Shown one piece after another: positions 12,440-25,351 of a DNA stretch of 64,000 bases. How positions within the stretch are numbered: the first letter of the stretch is position 1; the number at the start of each line of letters is the position of its first letter. The translations under genes were made by a program, and so were the position numbers. The stretch is taken from NCBI RefSeq assembly GCF_022045235.1, contig NW_027266286.1:42160001-42224000 (forward strand), in the 5' to 3' direction. A model generated the notes under the pieces. It worked only from the letters and a program-made list of their open reading frames with translations. It was not told where the DNA came from and searched no databases. The DNA is from Haliotis cracherodii. Its lineage: Eukaryota.

Positions 12440-12550
12440 CCTTTTATAGTTAGAATGCATGGAAACTACCTTTGGCCGTGACACTGCAATTCTATAAATG
12501 TGTATACATGATAAGGAATGGCGCTGTCATGTAGGTGTGGTGATAGGGTA
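12440..12550 (-). promoter_or_regulatory. putative core promoter of copy B: TATAAAA (12448-12442) with a GATA site (tgataag 12509-12515)
   Basis: The same block with similar spacing recurs at about 19698-19810, 39463-39570 and 60108-60200, each upstream of a family member. Confidence 0.6.
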
Positions 12551-12727
12551 GCCAAGATTTGTCCCTCTACAACGTCTGTCGTACGAGGAGTTGTATGTAC
12601 GTTCCCAGTTTCACTGAAATGCCAATTCCTAAGAAGAGGATACTTATTTTTGTCTGCCAAGTCCAACTTTTATTTGAAAATACCAACGATGACGATTTTG
12701 AAACTTTAATGTGTTTCTGAGATGTGT

Positions 12728-13115
12728 TGTGTCCGTCACAGATAAGATTTTCTCTTTGTTAGACTGTTTTGGTCCCTTACTCTTGCCTCGACGGCCGAAG
12801 ACGTGCATAGTTAGGCCCTAAACAAGGGGTATGTGAACATGGGGAAAATGGGTAAATAGGCTGGTCGCCGTGCATGGACTGTTTTGGCCAGCTTCGCGCG
12901 GCTTTTCTATTTTCTATTTTCTATTTTTCTACATAATACTATGGTGAACGTGTGATGGAATATTTACCCGGAAATTGTTATTGATGATGCACAAACCATT
13001 TCTCTTTGAAGTTTTGTTTCCATTGCAACGTAATGCAAAAGTTCCTCGTTGCTATTGTTCCCAAGTGTATGCTGAAAATATGGTGAAAAATGCCTAGTGT
13101 GTGATAGGACAAGCT
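12728..13115. repeat. interspersed repeat (possibly a non-autonomous DNA transposon) upstream of copy B
   Basis: Homologous to 40357-41505 (with an internal insertion) and 61011-61361. Starts with (ta)gtccgtcacag. Confidence 0.55.
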
Positions 13116-14339
13116 GTTAACATTATTTTTGCCATCGACTTATTTTGCCCATTTACATCATTTTCACTTAGATGACCCAAACTTTTGTATTTGCTATTTG
13201 CTGTAAATGTGAAATATGGTCGAGTGAAGGTCAAAATTCATTTATCACAACAACCGGAAGATATATATGATCATAATCCCCACATCATAATGACAGATGT
13301 ATAAAACTTTGGAAAAGTGATATATACATACGTTCATACATACAGTCGTCTAAATACCATTTCCATGAATATTCAATTTGTTCTTTCATAGATTCACCAA
13401 GAGTGACTCTCATACAACATATTCTCTAAAAATCCCCCCAAAAGGGTTGCCTGAAATAATTTATTTTATACAATTATTGTGCCTGAAATAATTTATTTTA
13501 TACAATTATTGTACATTTTACTGCCAATACAATTTTTTCTGTATATGTCGGACGCCTGCCCTACCCCTGTCTTATTGTGACATCACAAAGTGAGATTGTA
13601 CTGTGATGTCAAAACAGCGTAAAGGTATAACTGTACTCTTAAAAATCACATTCCTGAAACCGGTTGAGTATATTATACAAGCTACGCCTTGCTATTGTGT
13701 CTCTGAAAAGATAAAATACAAAAGTCCAAAGATGAGCTGATGAAGAAAATAAAAGAATATATAATATGCTGCATATCCAATGTCATACCCCGTGGGTACC
13801 TGGCGTAAGATGTGTCTCCAGCTACCTATTGCTTGTCGCAAAAGGCTAGTAAATTGCGAGAGAGGGATGTGATACAATACAGTCAATATTGTCATCATGA
13901 ATGCAAACTATTGCATTATTAATACCGCCAATGTTTTACGTATATGCCAACTCACGGTCTATCTGTGCTAGACTACTGTGTATACCCTACGAGGCATCAG
14001 ATAACAATACTACCTTTAATGTGGTGAGGCCTAATGAAGGTTTCAATAAGGCTGGTTGTGTGGGTCTTATTAATCCGCAGACTGTTTTATAACTTGATAA
14101 TTCACTGCTCACATGGTCAGTAAACACTGACATTCAGTTCATTAAAAGTGAAAAGAATGCAAGTCAAACCCATGTCAGAGTAAAGTTTGAAACGTCAGCC
14201 ATACCAGACACTTTTATGAGTCGTGTGAACTAGAATAAGCAAATGTGAAAACAAAATGGAATTGACATAGCCTATAATATATTTGTGAATATCGTGTGTG
14301 TGGTGAAATGAGTGACTCATTACAAAGTAAGATAACTCC

Positions 14340-15710
14340 TTAAAATGCCCAAAATAGTAATGAAAAAACGGCGCAGTCGTAAGGAGTGGTGGACAACCGA
14401 ATGATCTGCTTTATGGAATGATCTGTGAAAAGCGGAAACGAAGTTGAGTAAGTGCAAAGAACCCCAGAAGAAAGTTCGCATAAAGCATATCTACAGAGGT
14501 AAACGGAACTGCTTTGACAGACAGGTGCAGAGAGCAAAACGTGGTTTTCAAGGTAAAACTTTGTCGGACTAAGAACACCTGGAGAGTTCTAGGAAATTGG
14601 TGTAGGTTTTGAAGGAAAGAAATTCCAATGGAGGTGAAAAAACAGGAACGGCTACACCAGTGGGAAGGCTGACATTGTGCCAGGTGAATGAAGAGACATT
14701 AATTCAGATTTGCGTCACAGCAGCGTCAGTTACGGTGACGTCATTTAGTGTGACAGTGATCTGAACTTACCTATAACTATGGAAGAGGTGAGGTATGTGC
14801 TAGCGTCTACTAAAAGGGGCAAGTCGACGACAAGCCTGGACGATGTACCTGTGGAAGTGTTAAAAATGTTAACTGTTCATCTTATCTCCATAAAGCTTCC
14901 AACAACTGTTTTAACCAAAGTGTATACTCTCAATGTGGGAGAACGGCATTATTATACCTATCCCGAAAAGTTCAACAGAGGACCCAAGAAATCCCTCAGC
15001 GTACAGAGGATCACACGTGCATGCGCATATTATAAACTTTGCTGTTGATTGTTGAACCATAGACTGAACACTTATGGAAAATCAAACTCCTGTCTCCACG
15101 ACCAACAGAACGGCTCCCGGAAAGGCAGATCTACAACTGAACATGTGTATAATGTTACTTCTATTATTGAAAGCAGGAAAAAAGTATGAACAAAATCTAC
15201 GTTCGTGGTTTTTATTGATTTTAGAAAAACCTATGATTGCGTTACTATAAATAATGTATGGTAAAAACTGTTTTCCAATAACGTGAGAGGCAAAATGTAC
15301 AATGCTGTTGTTTCACTTTATAAACATGTACAGTGATGTGTACGCCTGAATGGTTTACTTAACCCCTGGTTTGACCTCAATTGCGTCCTTAAACAATGCT
15401 GTTTATTGTCTCGTTTGTTATTTAACATGCATAAAGATAATTTGCTACATGAAAAGATAATGTGTCAGTCTTTGTTTGGATTAATAATACTACGGTTGGT
15501 ATGTTAGCTTATGCTGATGATATTGTCTTGATTGCAGAAACAGCTGAAGATCTCATATAAGTGCTTGGTGCAATGTTAACCAAATGTCCATAAATAATGA
15601 TAAATCCAAGGTATTAATTTTATGTCACAATGTGTTATAAAAACAAATGTTTTGTTTATGTGTGGTGAACACATTTTAGAAGTTGTTGATAACTATTGTC
15701 ATTCAGGGTA
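14340..15710 (+). mobile_element. heavily decayed non-LTR reverse transcriptase relic
   Basis: Frame-broken RT motifs: QQNG.RKGRSTTEH, FVVFIDFRKTYDCV, LKQ.CLLS..LFN, GMLAYADDIVLIAE. Confidence 0.75.
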
Positions 15711-17334
15711 TGTTAATATACACAAACATAGATATATAAGAGCACATCACATTATATTCATTCACATCGTCACACCGACGACATCATAGAAATAGATAGA
15801 ACTCTTGCTTTCAACAAATACATTGAAGGGTGTGTTATAACTTACAATAACTATATATACATTTGTATCCCTATACATGTGTAATAATATGATAAATACA
15901 ATTAATTAATTTCATTAATACACAAGAAAATACAAGCATACCCTGTAGGTGAAACTGGGTCGGGAACTGCGTTCACCAACACAACTGACAGGACATATTG
16001 TGCCTGCATCTAAATACAAATACAAAGACAAATATACTTACTTAGGTAAAACGGGTTACCTTAGTTTGAAAACATGAACTATGTGTTACACATAGCATAC
16101 CAATGAATGCCTTACATTATACATAAATAACATTGTCATAAGCAAACACATACATCATAAATACATACCCACTCGCTCATTCATTCTCAAATGAAACATT
16201 TAGGAAAGGTGAAGATATACAGTGCTAACCTAGTTAAAACATTTACATGGCTGCAATTATATGACAATATGTAATGATCTATCTAAATATGTATTTAGAC
16301 TGTAACACTACAGCTGATTACACAAATAGATCCAAGTACATTATAACAATACGTACAGAAACATTACTAACCTATTCGGACGGTCACAGAGCAGATATTT
16401 GTTGTCCGCATGGTCAAGGTGTAACTACTATTATATATAATGGACAATGTTCCTATCAATCTCATAGAACACATACAACTGAAGTCCAAAGAGGTTTGAA
16501 GTCATCAATGACAACCCTAAGTTGAGTTCACTCACTAACAGCTTTGACCGCTTTGGAATGAGCCCAGCGCTTGTATATGCATAGAAACTGTCAGTCCACT
16601 GCAGTTTGGTGGCACATTGAGGATAAACCGGTTTATTTGGGTACCCAAACAGAATGTTTGTCATGAAAAGCTTGTTACAGGTTGTTAACTGTTATTTTAA
16701 CATCACAATGTCTAGTGGCTGTTTCACACATTCAACAATGAATACAATTGTGTTATGCTTGTATAATTAACGCAAACAGCAGAAACAGTATATGTGTACT
16801 GGCTAATTATCACAAGATAGATGAACGCGGAACACATATCAGGAAATGAAAACATTTGTTTATTTCCTCGAAAACCCACCAACAGTGATACATGAACATA
16901 CGTACATGCATTCAATAAATAATACAAGCAAGCAAGGAAATTTATACACTTACGAAAATAGAACACCCTGTTTTTATATATCTGGCCATTCATAGATTAC
17001 TTTGGGAATGTAAATAAAACGTTGTTGGGTGGAGCTTCACATCTAAACAGACAGAGAAAACCAACTCAACAGCAGGAGAGTTACATAGTTACACACTCGA
17101 TCCACTTTCCCAATGTTGTGCCAGCGGTCGGTTTCAACGGGAGAGTTATGGTTATTAGTTCTGAATTTGACAATAGGAAAGTACTCATTCTGGGGCAATA
17201 TGAGATTTCTTTTTCGTTTGATTGAATTGTTTTCACAGCAAACTCAATTTTTTTTACATGACAGAGCCGCGCCAGTTTTGCAGATATCGACTTTAAGATG
17301 TTTCCTCTACTTATTTACATGCTCTTCAACGCCC

Positions 17335-17495
17335 CAGACAGTCAAGTGATTGGCATCATGAGCATCGATCTATGTAACTGGGATACAATGACATGCATCA
17401 ACCAAGTCAGCGAACCTGACCACCCGATCCTGTTACTTTCCTCTTCTGACAGCTGGGTTGCTGAAGATCATATTTAACAAGGATCTTCACGGGTC
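17335..17495 (-). mobile_element. family 1 short retroelement, 5' part
   Basis: Reverse complement begins gacccgtgaagatcc..tgatcttcagcaaccc..ggatcgggtggtcaggttcgctgacttggttg. Confidence 0.75.
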
Positions 17496-17929
17496 AATTA
17501 TGACTAGTTGAGGGACAGGGACAGTTTGGACTAAAACTAACTACGCTGAATCGCAGAACTCTATGTCTAAGAATATGACTGATCTTTGATGTTTTCTTAA
17601 CCTGACAAGACTGATGAGGTTTTGTCGTCAAACTTTATATATGGATGGGTTGATAAATAAAGGAAAGGGAATTGATGTGATATCTGTGACACTCAAGATC
17701 ATATGTTCTAAGGGCTTAAGGAACATATAATGCTAAGTTTGTGGCAAAAGTGGGGAGTGGCTAGGTAGGATGATATTTCCTGGCATTAGTTTTCTTTCTT
17801 TATTTATTCTTCAAAAAAGGCAAAACTACTTCAGACAGAAACGACACTTTAAACAAGATATTTTGCATTTTAGAAATAAGAAACGCTAATATTGCTATTG
17901 TTACGGTGTAAAACATTTTGACTTTATCA

Positions 17930-19810
17930 CGGTTAAACAAACGTTGGTTCACCATTAGGTTCTGCGTGGCAAGTGACGATGAAACGACAGTGGACTCATG
18001 TCGCACCAGTGGGCAGTGCTTGTCATCAATGGAAACCACCAATGGGATCCAAAAGGAAGCAATGGGAACCAATAGACCAACATGATCCTTGCCCAAAGAT
18101 GGCAGCATGCATTCCCCAAATGATGCCTACAACATGAGGTCCAACGAACAAACCGAATAAAACGACCGTGGTTTAAGAGTTTGTATTGGTTTGTTTGGGC
18201 CCAATTAACTAATGTTGAGTTGTTCCGCCATGGCTGCAATGCCATCATATCGAACAATCTTAAACCCTGAATCCATGAGCATGTCATTCTCATAACCACT
18301 GTTGATGTTCTCAACATGCTCGGAGAACAGTTCCTGCTGTCTGGTGACGTTCTTCAGATTGTTGAGGTCTGGGTGGTCTACAGATAATATGCTTATGAAA
18401 TTAGTAGAATTGTTTTCCACTTAGTGTCATTTTGTGAACATTCGTCAATGCATATTTTCACGGATATTTACTCTCAGTCTGAAACCTGTCATGTGGCGTC
18501 AGGAAGTTGATTTTCCTGATATTGATTAATCTGAGTTTGATCTGAATAGCAAAGGGTCACTGCATTCGCGAAATGGTAGTATTAAATGAATATATACCAT
18601 TACATTATCACCATATCTTGCTTTCAACTTGATGTCAAATATAGCTCAGAACAAACCTAATGACAGCTGTCATTTGGAAGTAACATTCAGTATTAGTTGA
18701 TCTCACGTCTTGGAAGAGATGGCCGATATTCCTGTGCCCACAATCAGTCCAAAGGCTCCTGCAGTTGCAAATATGGGACATCGATCAAGACCATTGTTCC
18801 TCCTATTACTGTCATAGCAAGCTTCCCTGTGCCAGCCATTTAGGGTGGATCATGACAGCTGTACATGTGTCACTGTATACACCGGCTACACCGGAAAAAA
18901 GACGTGTGTCCATTTCATTTTCAGGAACAAATATCCTGTTTAATGAGTGAGTGAGTGAGTTGTGTTTTTCACGCCGATTTTAACATCCTGTTTAATGAAA
19001 TTATTTATTTACAAAACGCTGATATGGGTTCATTTCATTGATGAAAACTATTTACGATTAATCATAAAACACCTATCATCATTGTCATACAAATGGATAT
19101 GGTTTAATATGATTTAAATCATATGATCCATACAGTTGTACAGATGTCCATATCAATTACATGTTATTGTAAGTATTTTGTACATGTCATATTTTACAAT
19201 ACTACATTTCTACTATTACAACACTGACATCAAATAGAAGATTTATTAAAGAATTTTAGATATATATATATGCCTTTGCCATAATCACTGGTATCTGAGA
19301 AATGACAGAATTACGGATTCAACAAATATTTGAGATGTGACCCCTGAGTGCTAGGAGTCTTTAATATTGCATTGCGACGCCTCAACGATTCTCACTTTCT
19401 TCACTAGCTTGTTTTAAAAAACCCCAGTAAAACCTGTGAACCTAAACAATATAGTCTGTGCCAAATGGGTTGTTAAATGGCAAAGACTCGGGTTCTATTC
19501 CCCACAATGTGTGAAGCCCCTTTTCCGGTCTCCCCCGCCGTGATATTGCTGGAATATTGCTAAAAGTGGCGTAAAACCATACTCACTCACCGTGCCAAAC
19601 GACATTCAGCCTAACATGAATATTTACAAACAAAAGGAATACTCACGAGATGGTTCAGGTTCAGATGGCCATCTCTACACTCCACACTACGATCGAGTCT
19701 TTATAGTTAGATTTCATAAAAGATTATCGGTGACCTTTGACACTACCGTTTTATCAATATTTGTAAATGATGATAACATGCCTCAGTATGTAGGTGTGGT
19801 GATTGGGTTG
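17930..19810 (-). pseudogene. truncated D-like pseudogene: promoter and non-coding exon (~19650-19810), decayed exon 1 (~18707-18918), partial exon 2 (~18266-18378); exon 3 absent
   Basis: Exon 2 remnant HPDLNNLKNVTRQQELFSEHVENINSGYENDMLM. Exon 1 has many indels. Intron 2 sequence matches copy D 37120-37390. No exon 3 is found between 12.4 and 17.9 kb. Confidence 0.8.
19478..19591 (+). mobile_element. tRNA-derived SINE (family 3), 5' eroded
   Basis: gggttctattccccacaatgtgtgaagccc..ccgccgtgatattgctggaatattgctaaaagtggcgtaaaacc..ctcactcac; copies at 44219-44378 and 61378-61540. Confidence 0.75.
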
Positions 19811-20059
19811 ACTTGAGGTAAGTGCACGTCACCCTCTCACTCGAAAAGTACACGACTACGCTAACACTGAAAAGCCAGATCGTGATTTATGGTTTTACTC
19901 ATTTCACTGTCACATGCATGTCTAAACTGATATTGCAAAAACACCTACGCGGACTAGTGTGTTTTCAGACCACCCTTACTGTTTGATTCAGATGGACTAT
20001 TTTCCTGAAGATCCAAAACAAACTTATCGGTGAACTTGACACTACAGTTTTATAAATGT

Positions 20060-20900
20060 ACCAAATCTATAATGGCTGGTGTCCCTTAAGTGTCCGTTTT
20101 TTAGTGTACGTTAATGATATAGTTGATGGTATTGATAGTAATATTCGCCTTTTTGCTGATGATACCTCTGTATTTATAATGGTAGAAGATCCAAATACCA
20201 CTGCAAATGTTCTCAATAATGACCTAGACAATGTCTCTCAGTGGGATGAAAAATGGCAAGTTACTTTTTATCCCCCAAACCCAGAAACTATTCAGTTCTC
20301 GCTGAAGAAATTTCCTGGTAATGATCCCAGTCTTCAAATAAAAGGAATTGATAGGAAGTTGATATGCATAAACACTTAGGATTAATCATGCTACACTATT
20401 TCTTATTGAATTTCCATATTGATATATTTGTCAGAAAAGTAAGTCCTGAGGTGAAATGTTTCGGTAGTCTCAAATATCGCCTGCCAATCCTTAGAGATTA
20501 TGTACAAGTCTTTGATTATTGCTCTCATTGTACGAATGAACAAGAAATGACAGTTGAAAGTTTACATTTAGTGGACGATTTGCGGAGCAACAAGAGGTAC
20601 ACGTCACAATAAGTTGTATGCTGTGACGAGTTTCCTACCACTCACCCAAAGTCGACAAAATGTAAAAGAAACACTTTTCCAAAAAATGATCACACCTTAG
20701 ACCTAATACCCGGAATTGTCTCTGCTGAGTGTAGCTATAGATTGAGAGACTATGAGATTGAGATATTTTCAAACTATGAGATATCGGACAAATTATTATT
20801 GTAATCGTTTTTACCAGACGCTGTTTACCGCTAACATATTTACAGTTCCACACAGCTTATCAAATTCAAATACCTATACAAAGACAGATATTCATCAAAA
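20060..20900 (+). mobile_element. decayed CR1-like LINE RT fragment
   Basis: FLVYVNDIVDGIDSNIRLFADDT, LNNDLDNVSQW..KWQVTF, HKHLGL motifs with frameshifts. Confidence 0.75.
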
Positions 20901-21677
20901 GATGCTTGAGTTTGAATTGTAGTATGATAGTTTCCCAGGTGTGTTGATCCGATTTCTAAAGGACAAACAGAGCCAAAAGCTTCCTGATTTATGAATAAAA
21001 AAATGATGCCGTTTCATCCTTATTGCGGTGATAGCAATCTATAGTTTTTAACGTCACCCCTGAATTATTGAATCCACTTTTCGTGTAAATGATCAAGTTT
21101 CTAATCATCTCTCTGCAAAAAATAAATAAATAGAATGACAATTTGAATTAGTGAGTGAGTGAGTTAAATTTTACATCGCATCGGCAATATTGCAGCCATA
21201 TCGTGATGAGAACAAGATAATAATTTCGATATTCCTGTCAACAAAGGACAGTAAAACGGTAGGGTATATATCACAATTAAACAATAAGACAAACCATATC
21301 AAATTTAAAACATCAGTAAATACATAGAATAATAATAGCAATTAAAAATAGGCTATACACAACCAGCAACCAAAGTTAGACCACCTCACTGAGGATCATG
21401 GGGACTTACATTACCTTTGCTTCCTGCATGAATCCCCAGCAGGATTTATGTCATCACTTTGGACACCAGTGGTTGACCATATGCTAGCCAATAGTAAAAA
21501 GTCACAACTGAATTTCTAAAACCCTAGTCAATATTATATACTTTGATCGATAATGGATTTATGTGTCACTGGCAGGAGGACGATATTTTTACATTACTTT
21601 AACCCCCGAGTGACACCACCATCTATAATCTCAGTTGATGATAATATTACACTAAATTTAAAACACATAGCAATACT

Positions 21678-23981
21678 TCAAAATTTATCCATTAGTTCTA
21701 TTTCTTTTAAAAAGCCAATAATTAAATGAGCATTTACATTATTAAAAAGATCCTTTAAAGAAGATGAATGATAATAGATATCCCTTGTGAGAGAAAAATC
21801 TACACAGTCAAGCAAAACATGCTTGACTGTGATTCTCTCATCACAAGGGACACAAAACGGAGGATCCTCACCTTTTAATAAGTATTCATGAGTAAAACGT
21901 GTATGGCCAATTCGACATCGACGGAGGACAACTTCATCACGTCTTGAATGACAACCCAAGTAGGTATAACCTAAAGTTTGTTTAATTTCATGAAGTTTGT
22001 TTATACCTACTTGGGTGTTCCACTTTGTTTGCCTCAACTGTCGTATATACATTTTGATTGAAGGTTTAAAATCAGAGTGAGGTATCAGAAGTGGGGAGAT
22101 CTGCTTATCAAGAGCTGCTTTAGCAGCAGCATCAGCCCTAGTGTTACCCACAATGCCGACGTGACTTGGTAACCAACAAAAGACAATGTCGAACTGGCCA
22201 GTAGATAGATCATTGTATAATTCTAAAATAGCAAGTATTAATGGATGATTGGACGATATATTTTTAAGTGCTTGAAGACAGGAAAGAGAATCAGAGAAGA
22301 TAATGAATTGGTTATATTTAGATTGGCGCTGAATGTATTCCAAGGCAACGTGGATAGCCCTGGCTTCGGCAGTGAAAATCGAACTATTATCAGGTATCCT
22401 GGAAGATATGATTTTCGTTCCAACGACAGTGGCACTTGAAACAATGTCACCATCCTTAGATCCATCTGTAAAGATGGAACGATGACGTTCATATTTAGTA
22501 CGTAATTGAACATATTCCTGTTGATATATAATTGGATTCGTGTCAGATTTGTTAAACTTAGTGAGAGAAAGGTCTACTTCAGGCCTGACTAATTGCCAAG
22601 GTGGAGTAGACAGAAGTTCGTATGGAGATATGATATCTAAATCAATAGCAGCAGCCGTAATATGTGGTTTGATCCAAATTCCAAGTGGTGGGATAAGCTT
22701 GGGCTTGTTTTGAAACAGTTCCTCATTAAGAGGATTAAAAACGCAATTATATGCTGGATTAGATGGGTTTGAACGTAATTTTGTTACATACTGAAGAGAT
22801 AATTTCAAGCGACGTTGTGTAAGTGAAGGTTCATCCGCTTCCACATACAAACTATCTACAGGAGAAGTTCTAAATGCTCCAAGGCAGAGCCTGAGTCCTT
22901 GATGGTGTATACTATCCAATTTCTCTAAATTACTTTTAGCAGCTCCGCCATATACTATTGAACCATAATCTAATTTAGATCGAATAAGGGATCTATACAG
23001 GTGAAGTAAGGTTGTCTGATCCCCACCCCATTTAGTATTTGCAACCACTTTCAGTAGGTCCAGAGCCTTCAAGCACTTAGTTTTAAGATATTTTATATGA
23101 GGTAAAAACGTCAGGTGGCGGTCAAATATAAGACCCAAGAACTTGGTCTCCTCTACAACCTTGATGGGAGTACCATTTAATAACAGTTCCGGGTCTTTAT
23201 GCGGTCTATAATTTCTACAAAAATGTACACAATTTGTTTTTGCTTTGGAAAATCTAAAACCATTCTCAAGCGACCATTTTTGAATTTTATTGAGGCAAAG
23301 CTGAAGTTGCCTTTCTATTGTGTTCATATTTTTGCCACGACAAGATATATTAAAGTCATCGACGAATAGTGACCCATCAATTGAGTCATTCAATACCTTG
23401 GACAGACTGTTAATTTTGATGCTGAATAATGTGACTGACAAAATACTTCCTTGTGGGACACCCTGATCCTGATTATAATGATCAGACAGGGATGAACCCA
23501 CGCGGACTTGAAATTGTCTGTCGGATAAAAAACGGGATATAAACTGGGGCAAACGGCCTCTCAGTCCGAAATCATGAAGATCTCTTAAAATGCCATGCTT
23601 CCAAGTTGTATCATAAGCTTTTTCTAAATCGAAAAAGATGGACACGGCATGCTGTTTATGTACAATGGAATTTTTGAGGAACGATTCTAAACGCACAAGA
23701 TGATCAATGGTACTTCTATTTTTACGGAAACCACACTGGATATCTGTAATGAGATGATTGGTTTCCAAATACCAAACTAAGCGATTATTCACCATACGCT
23801 CCATAGTTTTGCAAACGCAGCTAGTTAGTGATATAGGACGGTAATTTGTTGGATCTGTATGATCCCGACCAGGTTTTGGTATAGGGACTACACTCGCATC
23901 ACGCCATGAAGGAGGAAAAGTACCTGATGTCCAAATATCATCAAATATATTTAAAAGCGTCTGGAGACATGATTCAGGCAA
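21678..23981 (-). CDS. LINE ORF2, RT plus RNase H portion (disconnected from the endonuclease by a small frameshifting deletion)
   Basis: NYRPISLTS, QCGFR, FFDLEKAYD, GVPQGSILS, LFVDD; RNase H IFTDGS, FTAEA, FSDSLS, WLPSHVGIVGN; C-terminal CxxC..KHVLLDC. Confidence 0.85.
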   Translation of the reverse strand: MPESCLQTLLNIFDDIWTSGTFPPSWRDASVVPIPKPGRDHTDPTNYRPISLTSCVCKTMERMVNNRLVWYLETNHLITDIQCGFRKNRSTIDHLVRLESFLKNSIVHKQHAVSIFFDLEKAYDTTWKHGILRDLHDFGLRGRLPQFISRFLSDRQFQVRVGSSLSDHYNQDQGVPQGSILSVTLFSIKINSLSKVLNDSIDGSLFVDDFNISCRGKNMNTIERQLQLCLNKIQKWSLENGFRFSKAKTNCVHFCRNYRPHKDPELLLNGTPIKVVEETKFLGLIFDRHLTFLPHIKYLKTKCLKALDLLKVVANTKWGGDQTTLLHLYRSLIRSKLDYGSIVYGGAAKSNLEKLDSIHHQGLRLCLGAFRTSPVDSLYVEADEPSLTQRRLKLSLQYVTKLRSNPSNPAYNCVFNPLNEELFQNKPKLIPPLGIWIKPHITAAAIDLDIISPYELLSTPPWQLVRPEVDLSLTKFNKSDTNPIIYQQEYVQLRTKYERHRSIFTDGSKDGDIVSSATVVGTKIISSRIPDNSSIFTAEARAIHVALEYIQRQSKYNQFIIFSDSLSCLQALKNISSNHPLILAILELYNDLSTGQFDIVFCWLPSHVGIVGNTRADAAAKAALDKQISPLLIPHSDFKPSIKMYIRQLRQTKWNTQVGINKLHEIKQTLGYTYLGCHSRRDEVVLRRCRIGHTRFTHEYLLKGEDPPFCVPCDERITVKHVLLDCVDFSLTRDIYYHSSSLKDLFNNVNAHLIIGFLKEIELMDKF

Positions 23982-23986
23982 GTGTT

Positions 23987-25351
23987 TTAAGTATCAGCTC
24001 CAGTTGCAGTATCATGAGCTTGCCCAAGGGCCGTATTGAGCTCATGGATTGAAAATATTTCATTATAATCTTCACCATTTTCAGAATGAAAATTAATCTT
24101 TTTCTTTTCCTGTTGTTGCTGAAACTTCTGAAATTTAGGATCATAATTGGTTGAAGAAGAATGCTTTGCTAAAGTTTCGCCTAATTTATTTGCGATGTCA
24201 GATTTCTCTGTTAGTATATCATTTCCATCTTTGAGATGTTTTATGCTGGATGTTGAACCCTTGCCTTTAATTCTTTGAATCATATTCCACACCTTTGATA
24301 TAGGTGTACGTGAATTGATTTTGGTTACATAATTTCTCCAAGACAGACGTTTATTTTGTTTGAAAGTTCGTCTAGCCTTTGCACTGTTTATTTTGACAAT
24401 ATTTAAATTATGGACTGTCGGGTGTCGGCGGAAAAACTTTTCTGCCTTTTTTCTACGCTTTCTAGCCTGTTTGCAATCCTCGCTAAACCATGGTTTACGA
24501 ATGTGCGGGTTCACAGAGGACTTAGGAATGGTTTCATCAGCTATGGTTTTCAGTTGTTCAGAGAAGACCTGAATAGGGTCTGGAGTATTTCTAAATGTAT
24601 CAGGTTGCAGTGTTTCATAACAACGGGTTTGAAATAGTGGCCAATTTGCTCTATGAAAATTCCACCTTGTTGAAGGTGGCTCATCAGTTGGGATAATAGA
24701 TTTTAGTAGTGTGGGGAAATGGTCACTTCCACATAGGTCATCATGAACTGACCAGTCAAATTCGTTTAGTAAACTGGCATCTGTAAATGACAGATCCAAT
24801 GCTGAATAAGTTCCTGTTGCCGGATGTAAATACGTGTTTGAGCCATCATTAAATATGCATAAATTGTTATTAGTAATAAAATCTTCAAGGACCGTGCCCT
24901 TAGCGTTGGTATCAACGCTTCCCCATAGAGGGTTATGGCCATTCAGGTCACCCATGATGACGCAGGGCTTCGGGAGTTGGTCAAATAGAGACTGAAGTTC
25001 AGCCTGCTGAAGAGGAGAAGATGGTGGAATATATAAAGAGCAAAGTGTGAAGGCAATGTGAAACGTTAGCCGGACTGCAACGGCTTGAAGATTGGTGGTA
25101 AGAGGAACAGCACTATGAATTATGTCCCGTCTGACTAAGATAGAAGAACCTCCAGTGGCTTTTGCTCCTGGAGGCGAGAATGAGTTGTACATATTATACT
25201 TCCTGATATCACATTTATCTGTGTTCTTAAGATATGTTTCTTGCAAACACATGGCTGATGGTTGAAAATCCTGAATTAAAAGCTGCAAATCATTTAAATT
25301 ATTCCTAAGTCCTCTACAATTCCATTGAATTATGTTGGACGATTGAGTCAT
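23987..25351 (-). CDS. LINE ORF2, apurinic-like endonuclease portion
   Basis: IIQWNCRG, CLQET, IMGDLNGH..WGS, LDLSF, SDHFP. The ATG overlaps the ORF1 stop (ATGA). Confidence 0.85.
   Translation of the reverse strand: MTQSSNIIQWNCRGLRNNLNDLQLLIQDFQPSAMCLQETYLKNTDKCDIRKYNMYNSFSPPGAKATGGSSILVRRDIIHSAVPLTTNLQAVAVRLTFHIAFTLCSLYIPPSSPLQQAELQSLFDQLPKPCVIMGDLNGHNPLWGSVDTNAKGTVLEDFITNNNLCIFNDGSNTYLHPATGTYSALDLSFTDASLLNEFDWSVHDDLCGSDHFPTLLKSIIPTDEPPSTRWNFHRANWPLFQTRCYETLQPDTFRNTPDPIQVFSEQLKTIADETIPKSSVNPHIRKPWFSEDCKQARKRRKKAEKFFRRHPTVHNLNIVKINSAKARRTFKQNKRLSWRNYVTKINSRTPISKVWNMIQRIKGKGSTSSIKHLKDGNDILTEKSDIANKLGETLAKHSSSTNYDPKFQKFQQQQEKKKINFHSENGEDYNEIFSIHELNTALGQAHDTATGADT

Noticed and set aside
13450-13512. 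32-bp direct tandem duplication (also a ~60-bp dispersed duplication at ~50004-50062 / 50483-50543)
   Set aside because: Ordinary local duplications with no evidence of function.
17800-18317. ORFs of 102-120 aa as an alternative exon or new gene
   Set aside because: The region is intron 2 sequence shared with copy D (37120-37390), where the frames are not conserved.
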